Positions 39,014 through 47,040 are shown, counted from the stretch's first letter. The stretch: DNA of 58,998 bases from an uncultured Actinomycetes bacterium (GCA_903899845.1 CAIUKV010000138.1:1-58998), one strand, 5' to 3'. The notes: generated by a model from the letters alone, not told the origin. Numbers and translations are program-made.

Positions 39014-40453
39014 TCAGGCCTCCTCGGTCGCGGCGGCCGCCGCGGTGTCGTCGGTGTCCGGGGTCCGCACCGCCGCCTTGTACCCGTAGACGGGCACGCC
39101 CCGCTCGTAGGCGTAGCGGCGCAGCACGAGATCGACCTCGGAGCCGATCTCGAGGGTGGAGCCGTCACCCGCCACCTGCAGCATGACCCGGGCGCCGTCG
39201 TCGAGGTCGACCACGGCGAGACCGAGCGGGGCCTGGAACGGCGCCGGCATCGTGTGGTTGATCACGTAGGTGTGCACCACGCCGTGTCGGGCCACCGGCT
39301 CGAGCACGAACTTCGAGGACCCGCAGCTGATGCAGTGGGGGTGGATGGTCGGCGGCGTGTTGATCGTGCCGCAGTCGACGCAGCGTGCGCCGAGCAGGCC
39401 GAGGATCTCGTCGGCGCCCCGCACGAGCTGGGCGCTCTGGGGGGGAACGGCCATGGCGACGGTCTCACCGTTGGGCCGCAGCACGTTGCGGGCCCGCAGC
39501 ACCTCGGTGTAGGTGGCGCTCCGCCCGGTGCCGAGGACGGCGGCGAGGCCGGCCGCCCCGGGGACCGGTCGGTCGGCGTCGACGACGATCCCGGTGGCCC
39601 GACCGCCGCCGAAGCCGACGACCGCGACCCGGCCGGCGACGTCGAGGGCGGCGATCGCGCCGAGGAGCGGGGCGGCGGCACCGGTGTCGCCGAGCGCGCC
39701 GTAGACGCCCGCCGACGCCGGGGTGCCGGCCCCGAGGGTCTTGGCCGCGGCGGCGCCGAGGCGGCCGTCGGGGTCGGGCAGCGACCAGCTGGTCACCTCG
39801 AGGGCGGACAGCTGCTCGCCGAGGTCGCGCATGACCGGGAGGAAGACCTCCTCGCGGAACAGGCGGCCGTCGTAGATGTCGCGGGTCTCGAGCTCGTCGT
39901 CGCCGCGGTAGCGGTCGAGGTAGGGGTGGGTGCGGGTGACCCGGGCCCCGAGCGTGGCTGCGCCCTCGTCGTTGGTGAGGACGAACGCTGCGGCCCCGGC
40001 CCCGGCCCGCTCCTCGAACGACGTGCCCGCGCCGGGGACCACCGCATCGGAGGCCACCACGAGCGCGACCCGGGCGCTGCCGGCCGCGACCGCGTCGGCG
40101 GCGCCGATCAGCGCGTCGATCCCCGAGTGGGTCGACCCGGCGCACAGGGCGCCGCCGGACTTCGCCGACAGCCCGATGGCCGCGGCGAGGAAGGAGTGGC
40201 TCGGGCCCTCGGCGAACGGGGGTCGGCTGGTGCCCCACCACAAGCCGTCGACGATGTCGGTCTGGAGGCCGCTCGCCGCCAGGGCCCGGAGCGCGGCGTC
40301 GGCGGCCAGCGTGAGCACGTCCTCGTCGGCGGGGCAGGCGGCGGCCTGGCCCCGTCCGCCCTTCCGGCCCCAGGCCGTGGCCACCTCCGACGCCGGCAGG
40401 CGCCAGGCCGGGGCGGCGGCGCCGACGGCGATGATCTGTACGGGATTGGTCAC
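39014..40453 (-). CDS. HMG-CoA-synthase-like (apparently inactive) domain fused to DUF35 Zn-ribbon/OB-fold
   Basis: DEDVLTLA, GSTHSG where HMGS has ACxAG, VVASD, GAGAAAFV, GDTGAA; C-terminal CVDC...CISC plus OB fold ending YGYK. Confidence 0.85.
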   Translation of the reverse strand: MTNPVQIIAVGAAAPAWRLPASEVATAWGRKGGRGQAAACPADEDVLTLAADAALRALAASGLQTDIVDGLWWGTSRPPFAEGPSHSFLAAAIGLSAKSGGALCAGSTHSGIDALIGAADAVAAGSARVALVVASDAVVPGAGTSFEERAGAGAAAFVLTNDEGAATLGARVTRTHPYLDRYRGDDELETRDIYDGRLFREEVFLPVMRDLGEQLSALEVTSWSLPDPDGRLGAAAAKTLGAGTPASAGVYGALGDTGAAAPLLGAIAALDVAGRVAVVGFGGGRATGIVVDADRPVPGAAGLAAVLGTGRSATYTEVLRARNVLRPNGETVAMAVPPQSAQLVRGADEILGLLGARCVDCGTINTPPTIHPHCISCGSSKFVLEPVARHGVVHTYVINHTMPAPFQAPLGLAVVDLDDGARVMLQVAGDGSTLEIGSEVDLVLRRYAYERGVPVYGYKAAVRTPDTDDTAAAAATEEA

Positions 40454-40554
40454 GCGGGGATCCTACCGAGGGGCGCACGGCCCCGGCCGTCCGAGGCGCG
40501 GGGTCGCTAACCTCCACCCCCTGGCGGTGCGGCTCCCCGGAGGTGCACCGACGC

Positions 40555-40626
40555 GGCGGTGTAGCCGAGTGGCTCAGGCAAGGGTCTGCAAAACCCTGGA
40601 CGCGGGTTCAATTCCCGCCACCGCCT
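40555..40626 (+). tRNA. tRNA-Cys (GCA); CCA end not encoded
   Basis: Acceptor GGCGGTG/CACCGCC, U discriminator, anticodon arm AGGGT-CTGCAAA-ACCCT, T arm GCGGG-TTCAATT-CCCGC; followed by CCG. Confidence 0.97.
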
Positions 40627-40636
40627 CCGCGGGTAT

Positions 40637-40671
40637 TTAGCGAATATCACATAGTTGACTTAGCGAATATC
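40637..40671. repeat. 12-bp AT-rich direct repeat TTAGCGAATATC x2
   Basis: Copies at 40637-40648 and 40660-40671, starting 11 bp after the tRNA 3' end. Confidence 0.85.
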
Positions 40672-40689
40672 GGAGCGGCCGGCTCAGAC

Positions 40690-40709
40690 CCTCTGAGGGG
40701 CCTCAGAGG
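40690..40709. terminator. Inverted repeat downstream of the tRNA (possible terminator)
   Basis: CCTCTGAGG-GG-CCTCAGAGG; no U-tract. Confidence 0.4.
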
Positions 40710-40814
40710 CTGCCTGCGGGGCCGGGCCACGGCCGTGACTGTCGTGCCCGTCCGCGCGTGGCCAGAGGTCAAATCGTGCTTGTGGGTGCGTTACATAGAC
40801 TCCGGTTTATTTGT

Positions 40815-41414
40815 ATGGCTTCAGACTTTGAGTACCTCGGTGTGCAGAATCTTCAATGCGGATTCAGGGAGAAGTCGACGGGCATGACGTACTGGCTTAA
40901 TGGGCCGGAACGGGACGACGCCCCGGTAGCGCTGCTTGACGGAGATGAAGTCGTGATCCCCACGCTGAACGGACGGGCCGTGTGGTCGATTCGCGAGCGC
41001 CGAATACTTCGATCCGAGTTTGGCGCTTGACCGGCGGGGTCACGGGGGCTGAGCGAATGTGCGGGGATCCCGCCTAGTGCACGCATCTGGGTACTCAACC
41101 TTCTGGAGCTTCCCGAAACCCTTCTTCGGCGTTCTCGCGGCGAGGGGCTTGTGACCTCTGATGGCCCAGAAGCCATTGATGAGAAGGTGAGGCGCCTCCG
41201 CGAACACAACTACTCGTAGCCCTGCTTCGCCGTCGTTGAAGGGTCTCGAAATTGGCTCCTGTGCTATCAGCGTCACATGAGCGAGCCGGACTACGTCGTC
41301 TACTGCGGGACCGAGGTCGATCTCTACTTCCTTGGAGTACCGATCCTTGATCGCGGATGGGAAGTGGAAAGCACGCAGATGTCCATCGCTGATGTCATTC
41401 GTGAGGCTCCATGA
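40815..41414 (+). pseudogene. Interrupted hypothetical gene (~200 codons) with two in-frame stops
   Basis: One frame from ATG 40815 to TGA 41412-41414, broken only by TGA 41028 and TAG 41217; final stop overlaps next ATG (ATGA). Confidence 0.6.
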
Positions 41415-42124
41415 CCGCCGATAGTGACGCGCTTCATCAGCTATCGCACGGCAAGCGCAGTGATCGTCTGCGCCTCGATACGCAGTTGCCAGCGCCAACG
41501 GTTGCAGCGATGAGGGCAGTGCTGGCTAACACGGCGCAAGCCCGAGCGGACAGATCCCTTGCCGCCATGTGGAACGCAACAAGTGGCGAGCCAGACCTTC
41601 AAGATGCCGCCCACGCGATCGCGCTGAGGCTGTGGCTCAACCGATGGGTCTGCCGAATCGCATACCCCAAGGACGACGTCGACGTCTTCGTCGTCAGTCT
41701 GAATGAATGGGCGAAGCGTTGGTCCGCAAGGCTCCCGTCGCGCCGTGCACCACTCGCGGACTTGCCCGATGACGCACTCGACGCGCTTGGGCAGGCGTAT
41801 GACGACCTCCAACGCGCGCCGGCGTCGGTTGTTCGACGAGACCGGCTCCGCCGGATCGGGCCCACTGCGGCGGCCAAGCTCCTCTTTGCCCTGCGCCCAA
41901 ACGGCGTGACTCCTTGGGACCGGCAAATCGCAGCGACCGTAGGCGGAACGACTCGGCTGCACTTCGTTGCGCATCTCACACGATGTCGCGCCTGGGCGTC
42001 CGCCCTGGCCGCCGAGTGTGCTTCGCTGGGAGTCGACGACCTCGCCGTGTACGTAGGACGGCCCGATTCGTCGGTGGCGAAGTTGATTGATGAGTGGCTC
42101 TACCTCACCGTCACGCGCGCATGA
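41411..42124 (+). CDS. Hypothetical protein with HhH-GPD (DNA glycosylase-like) motif
   Basis: RIGPTAAAKLLFALRP..PWD helix-hairpin-helix plus Asp; WLNRW; C-terminal KLIDEWLY. Confidence 0.7.
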   Translation: MTADSDALHQLSHGKRSDRLRLDTQLPAPTVAAMRAVLANTAQARADRSLAAMWNATSGEPDLQDAAHAIALRLWLNRWVCRIAYPKDDVDVFVVSLNEWAKRWSARLPSRRAPLADLPDDALDALGQAYDDLQRAPASVVRRDRLRRIGPTAAAKLLFALRPNGVTPWDRQIAATVGGTTRLHFVAHLTRCRAWASALAAECASLGVDDLAVYVGRPDSSVAKLIDEWLYLTVTRA

Positions 42125-42782
42125 GGAACGAGGGTGCGCGATTGCTCTCGTGCTTATCCGTTCCCCAGGATGGTTCACGTGAACGGACCCTGAACGCAAG
42201 CTGGCCCACCTCGAGGGGAGTGGGCCGCTTTCGCCCCAAGGGTCAGGTGCATTCGCGTTAGGACCACGACGGACGGCTCCCTGGGGTTAGCGGTGCCGAT
42301 TCTCCACTAGGCGCCCATCTGGACGCGCGCGGCAACGGCAGTGCTACCGCGGAGCCGTGCCGTGGTGTGCATGGGGGCAAGGAACCCGCGAAAACCGGGC
42401 GTGCCCAACGCGAAAACGGCTGATCAGCCCCCTGAAAGTCGCCGGTCAGAGGCGCAGGTCAGGGCGCATGCCGACGATTTCGCGTAACAGCCCTCTGCGG
42501 AGGGTCGTCGATCCGGACGGCCACGGCGACCCCCTCGTCGTGACGTCGCACCTGGCGCTCCATGTGCACCACCGGGGCCTCGAGGGCGTGGTGGTGTCGG
42601 TCGATGTCGATCGTCCGGCCACCCGTCCCCGGGTTGCGGGGCGCCCCGGGCGCGTGTCCCACCCGGGGCGCACAATGACCTCGGAGTCCCGGTCCGGCGG
42701 AGGCACGGGGCGGGCCCGTGGTGAGACCCCCGGGTGACGCGCCGAGTGACGCGCCGGGAGACGCGCAGGAAGGAGAAGGACC

Positions 42783-43631
42783 ATGATCCTCGACCGACCC
42801 GGTGACACCGAGTTCGACCCCGTGGCCGAGTACGGCGCCATCCGGATCCTGGCGGCGGGGGCGGCGCAGGCCTGGACCGTCGCGGTCGGCCTGGCCGCGG
42901 CCGTGAGCGACTTCCGGATGCGCCAGAGCGACGTGGAGCCGACGCCGGTGCCGGGCCTCGCCGAGCTCGTCGACCGGATCACCGAGGACTTCACCGACCT
43001 CAGCGCCATCCTGGACGCCGCCCTGTCCGTGGCGGAGTCCCCCGCAGACGCCGTGGCGCCCGTCGGGGTCGGACGGCTCGGCCGCGCCCGGCTCCTGCAC
43101 GCCCGCATCGGGACCACGACCCGACGTGTCGCCCAGGCGGTGCTCGGTGCCACCAGTCTCGGTGCCGGCACCGACGACACCCTTCGCCTCGAGCTCGCGG
43201 CCAGCGTGGCCCTGACCGACCGTTCGGCGGTCCCGCTCGTGGCCGACGGTCCGGTCGAGCTGTTCGCAACCACCCGTGACGACCTCGTCCTCGAGGTCGC
43301 CGGCGTGGTCGCCCGCCTGCTCGTCGACTGGGGCGGGGCCGTGGCGCTGCGCACCGCCGACGGGGCCGGTGTCGACCTCGAGGTCGACGGCGACGTCGTG
43401 GTCGTCACCCCCCATGCCCTGCCGCCCGGTCCCGGGATCCAGCGCTGGTCCTCCCCGGTGGTGATCGCCGACCTCGCCGGCGGGGTGGTGGCCACCCTCG
43501 TCGAGGGCGCCGGGATCGAGACCGCGCTCGAGATCGAGGCTACGGTGATCGAGCCCCACCCGTCCCGCCGTGCCCATTCCGACCCGTTCACCGGCACCGT
43601 TGCCGACCCGGAAGGAGCCGACGATGCCTGA
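42783..43631 (+). CDS. Hypothetical protein (acidic, 282 aa)
   Basis: Strong SD AGGAAGGAGAAGGA; GC3-biased ORF; stop overlaps the start of the HD gene. Confidence 0.75.
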   Translation: MILDRPGDTEFDPVAEYGAIRILAAGAAQAWTVAVGLAAAVSDFRMRQSDVEPTPVPGLAELVDRITEDFTDLSAILDAALSVAESPADAVAPVGVGRLGRARLLHARIGTTTRRVAQAVLGATSLGAGTDDTLRLELAASVALTDRSAVPLVADGPVELFATTRDDLVLEVAGVVARLLVDWGGAVALRTADGAGVDLEVDGDVVVVTPHALPPGPGIQRWSSPVVIADLAGGVVATLVEGAGIETALEIEATVIEPHPSRRAHSDPFTGTVADPEGADDA

Positions 43632-44625
43632 CCGTCCACCGATCCTCGACGAGCTGGGCGTCGACGGCGCCATGGATCCCGCGGCGCACGGGGTCTACCT
43701 GAAGGCGCTGACCTACGCGGTCGCGCTGCACACCGAGGTTCGCAAGGGGGGCCGCGAGGTCCCGTACCTCTCCCACCTGCTCGACGCGTCGAGTACGGTC
43801 TGGGAGGACGGCGGCACGGTCGAGGCCGCGGTCGCCGCACTTCTCCACGACTCGGTCGAGGACAAGGGCGAGACCGGCGCCCGCCTCGCCGCCACGTTCG
43901 GCACGACCGTGGCCGAGATCGTCGTGGGCTGCACCGACTCCGGCGAGGTGGGCGACGGCCCAAAGCCGCCGTTCCTCGTGCGGAAGGCCGAGCACCTCGA
44001 CCGGCTCCGGGTGCGAGCCGATCGTGTGGCCGCCGGCACGGGCTCGGCGGTCGATCTCGGGGTGCTGCAGGTCACCGGGGCCGACAAGTGCTCCAACCTC
44101 CGAGCCATCCTCGGCGACGTCGAGCAGCACGGACGGGAGTACCTACGCCACTTCAAGGGTGGGCTCTTCCTGACCACCTGGTACTACGAGACGGTGATCG
44201 GCATCCTCGGGCTCGGATTCCCTGCCGCCGGTGATGCGCCGTCGTCGTCGCGGGTGGTCTGCGCCCTGCGGCGGGAACTGCCGCGGCTGCAGGCCGTGCG
44301 CGACGACGCCCTCGAGGAGATCGGGCCTGCGGCCGCTCGGATCGCCGCGGTCCTCCGTGCGGCGGGCGGCCCGCGCGTGGGATCGCTCTCGTCACCCTCG
44401 CTGCCCGCCGGCGCGGAGGCCGACCTCGTCGCCCGCGAGGCGGCGTACCGGCTGCACCAGGCGGGGGCGACCGCCGCCGGCATCGACGGCGCGGACGCGG
44501 AGGGCGAGCGGGTGGTCCGGACGCTCTTGGCCCAGCTCTACGAGCCCGGGGGCAAGGTGGTCGACCCGGCCGCCGACAGGCCACTGGCCGTCGCCGTCGT
44601 TGCCGCTTCGGCGGCCCCGGCCTGA
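43624..44625 (+). CDS. HD-domain protein, small alarmone hydrolase (Mesh1/SpoT-HD)-like, with C-terminal extension
   Basis: H...RKG...PYLSHL, AALLHDSVED, FG..VAEIV.GCTD, ADKCSNLR, WYY; AAGGAG SD before ATG 43624. Confidence 0.88.
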   Translation: MPDRPPILDELGVDGAMDPAAHGVYLKALTYAVALHTEVRKGGREVPYLSHLLDASSTVWEDGGTVEAAVAALLHDSVEDKGETGARLAATFGTTVAEIVVGCTDSGEVGDGPKPPFLVRKAEHLDRLRVRADRVAAGTGSAVDLGVLQVTGADKCSNLRAILGDVEQHGREYLRHFKGGLFLTTWYYETVIGILGLGFPAAGDAPSSSRVVCALRRELPRLQAVRDDALEEIGPAAARIAAVLRAAGGPRVGSLSSPSLPAGAEADLVAREAAYRLHQAGATAAGIDGADAEGERVVRTLLAQLYEPGGKVVDPAADRPLAVAVVAASAAPA

Positions 44626-44681
44626 GGCGTCGGGCCGGCCGCACGGAGGTCCGGTTCCCGGCCCGGCCGGTCCGGACTGCC

Positions 44682-45434
44682 TCAGTCGGCGTTGCGGGGC
44701 CCGCGCGTCTCGGGTGTCGTGAGCGCGGATGGTTGCAGGGTGCCCGCCACGATTGCCGCCGCCACGTCCGACAGGTTGACGTCGTTCTCGCGAGCGTGGT
44801 GGCGGAGCGCAGCGAAGGCGCCCTCCATGTCGAGGTGTTGGCGCTCCGCGATGATGCCCTTCGCCTGTTCGATCGTGACGCGCGTGTGCCACGCCGAATT
44901 GACCTGATCGGCCAGTTCGGTCGACCGGAGACTCGCTCGGTACTGCAGGATCGCGATCGTTGCGATGTCGGCGAAGGCACGAGCGGCCCGGAGGCTGTCC
45001 GCTTCGAAGGTCTCTCCGGTGGACTGGAACAGGTTCAACGCGCCGATCACGTGGTGACGCAGGCGAAGGGGCAGCGCGTAGACGGACCCGAACCCGCTGG
45101 AGAGCGCCTCGGCGGCGAACAGCGGCCACCGGTCGGTCGCACCCTCGAGGTCGTGGTGGCTGACGACCTCGCCGGTCTGGAAGCCCTCGAGACAGGGCCC
45201 TTGCTCGTTCTGCAGCTCGAACAGCTCGAGGAGTCGCATCTGCTCGCTGGCCGAGGCGATGACGCGCAGGACGCCGTCGGGGCCGGCGAGCATGAGCCCC
45301 GCCGCGCTGGCGCCGAGGATGGAGACGCAACGGCCGGTGGGCGTGATCAAGATCTCGATCACGTCGAAGTCGGCGACGAGGTCGTCGGCGAGCGCGACCA
45401 TCGCTTCACCGAGCTCGGCTTGTATGGATTTCAC
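44682..45434 (-). CDS. GAF and ANTAR domain protein
   Basis: ELQNEQGPC, ALPLRLR..IGALNLF, ANTAR IEQAKGIIAER...AFAALRHHAR; AGGAG SD before GTG. Confidence 0.92.
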   Translation of the reverse strand: MKSIQAELGEAMVALADDLVADFDVIEILITPTGRCVSILGASAAGLMLAGPDGVLRVIASASEQMRLLELFELQNEQGPCLEGFQTGEVVSHHDLEGATDRWPLFAAEALSSGFGSVYALPLRLRHHVIGALNLFQSTGETFEADSLRAARAFADIATIAILQYRASLRSTELADQVNSAWHTRVTIEQAKGIIAERQHLDMEGAFAALRHHARENDVNLSDVAAAIVAGTLQPSALTTPETRGPRNAD

Positions 45435-45540
45435 GAGCGCTCCTGCCGGCTCGGTGTCGCTACTCCGCGAGCGCGGACGCTCGGTGGCGAGGCGGTGGCG
45501 CAGTTTACGCCGTGGTGCGTGTCGACGGGACGGGCGTCGC

Positions 45541-46265
45541 TCATGGGTTCGGATCGATCGCATCGTGAGGATCGAAGCGGAGTCGGAGGCCCACCACCCG
45601 TCGCGCGACCTCCGCCAACGGCGTACCCGTTCGGAAGGCATGGGCTCGAAGTCGGACCAGTGCCTGCTCGACCGTCACGTCGAGCTGGACGGACATCATC
45701 CCCGCGGCCTGGTGGATCACCCAGTGGAAGTTCGCGCCCGCCGCGAGCTCGGTGGCCAGGTCTCCGGGTGGTGCGCCGGCCTGCACGAGCAGGATGATCT
45801 CGGCGGTGAGGTCGGCGAGGACGAGCGCGTCGGCGTGCTGCTCCACGCTGAGCCATCCGGGCTGGGTGCGGTAGAGGTTGAGGGCGCCGAGACCCGCAGC
45901 ACCGACGCGGATCGGAAAACCGAAGACGGCCCGGACCCCCGCTGCGATCGCGGGGGGCTGAAGGCGATCCACCGAGGCGTCGTCGGAGACATGAGGTCCG
46001 GTTCGAGCGCCGGCCGCCCGTCGTTGCAGGCGTCGATGCACGGCCCTTCCCCGAGCGTGAACTGCAGTTCCTCGATGAGCGCCGCGAGGCCGGCCGTGGC
46101 GCCGAGGGGACCGGACGGTGCGCCGTCCCGGAAGAGCATGATGCCTGCGCCGTCGGTGGCCGTGACGTCGGCGCAGGCCTGGCAGAGCTGCTCGATGCGA
46201 AACTCCGACTGACCGGGCTGGACCAGCCGACCGAGCAGGCGGAGGCGGCGCTCTGGTTGACCCAT
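45541..46265 (-). pseudogene. GAF and ANTAR domain protein, frameshifted in a homopolymer run
   Basis: N-half (QFTLGEGPC..PRW) and C-half (AVFGFPIR..GALNLYR, HQAAGMMSVQL..ALVRLRAHA) in different frames; junction at G6 45952-45957. Confidence 0.85.
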
Positions 46266-46301
46266 CGTTGGTGTCCGGGCCTTGCCTGCGCTGCCGGGCC
46301 C
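46259..46301 (-). promoter_or_regulatory. Candidate ANTAR-target dual stem-loop covering the start codon
   Basis: C[AGCGCA]G and C[AACGAU]G hexaloops (A1, G4) in tandem; the second includes the AUG. Confidence 0.45.
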
Positions 46302-46440
46302 CCGAGCGAGTCACCAGATCCCGACGGACGGTACCAGGGGGGACGCGGTCGGCTTCCCGGCCCCGAGGGTCGGCCTGGGTGGACGACGTCGGCGACGGTG
46401 CGTTCACCGGCAGGGAGCGCCGGGCCCGTCGCCGGTCGGC

Positions 46441-47040
46441 TCAGTCGTCGCGGTCGCCCCGCTCGCCCCGCTCGCCGGACCCGCCGGGCGCCTCGACGCC
46501 ACGGTCGATGCGCTGCTGGGTGTCGTTCCAGACCGCCTTGGCCCCGGAGTGGCCGATCCGGATCACCGTGACCGTCGCGCCGACCGAAAAGACGAGACCG
46601 AGCACGAGGGCGACGGTGCCGACGATCCGGAGCTGTCGGGCTCGTGCGTCGGCGACCGGTCCGGCGACCGGGCCGGCCCCGGGGGCGCCTGCCGCCCCGG
46701 AAGCCGTCGGCCCGCGTCGGGCGGCGATCCGGTCGACGACCATGACCACGAGGAGGGCGAGGAACATCGCCAGCACCCAGGGGCGGATCGACTCGCCCAT
46801 CTCGGTGTGGGCCTCGACCAGGCGGGTCTCGCGCACGTAGTCCTCGAGTGCCTCGCCGGCCGAGATGGCCAGCTGGGTCGCGATCCCGGCGACCACCACC
46901 AGGCCCACCGTGACCCAGCCGATCCGAGCCCGGAGCGCCGGCCAGCACATGGCGACGGCCCCGAGGAGGCCGAGGGGGATCAGCACGATCGGCAGGTGGG
47001 CGAACAGGGGATGGGCGGGCAGGCCCAGGATCGAGGTCAC
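46441..47040 (-). CDS. DUF2231-like membrane protein
   Basis: GLPAHPLFAHLPIVLIP, AGE.L, H..MG, GHSGAKAVW; GGAGG SD. Confidence 0.8.
   Translation of the reverse strand: MTSILGLPAHPLFAHLPIVLIPLGLLGAVAMCWPALRARIGWVTVGLVVVAGIATQLAISAGEALEDYVRETRLVEAHTEMGESIRPWVLAMFLALLVVMVVDRIAARRGPTASGAAGAPGAGPVAGPVADARARQLRIVGTVALVLGLVFSVGATVTVIRIGHSGAKAVWNDTQQRIDRGVEAPGGSGERGERGDRDD

Larger units (their letters stand above)
40627..46440. mobile_element. tRNA-Cys-anchored accessory islet / decayed genomic island (no integrase seen; right boundary uncertain)
   Basis: Abrupt drop in GC and GC3 bias directly after the tRNA (strongest 40627-42480, also 44700-46260); pseudogenes and orphan genes. Confidence 0.55.

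Noticed and set aside
41028-41045. Selenocysteine recoding of the in-frame TGA (small TGACC/GGTCA hairpin)
   Set aside because: Hairpin includes the UGA rather than lying downstream like a bacterial SECIS; no redox motif; the second stop is TAG
41040-41498. 152-aa minus-strand ORF in the islet
   Set aside because: Overlaps the HhH gene and is antisense to a plus-strand frame that is coupled by ATGA; treated as a shadow
42188-42264. attC-like pairing (AACGC...GCGTT AGG)
   Set aside because: Single site, no integron integrase or cassette array, imperfect R-box consensus; integrons are not expected in this lineage
45435-45540. ANTAR hairpins ahead of the downstream GAF-ANTAR gene
   Set aside because: Hairpins exist but lack paired C[AxxGxx]G hexaloops
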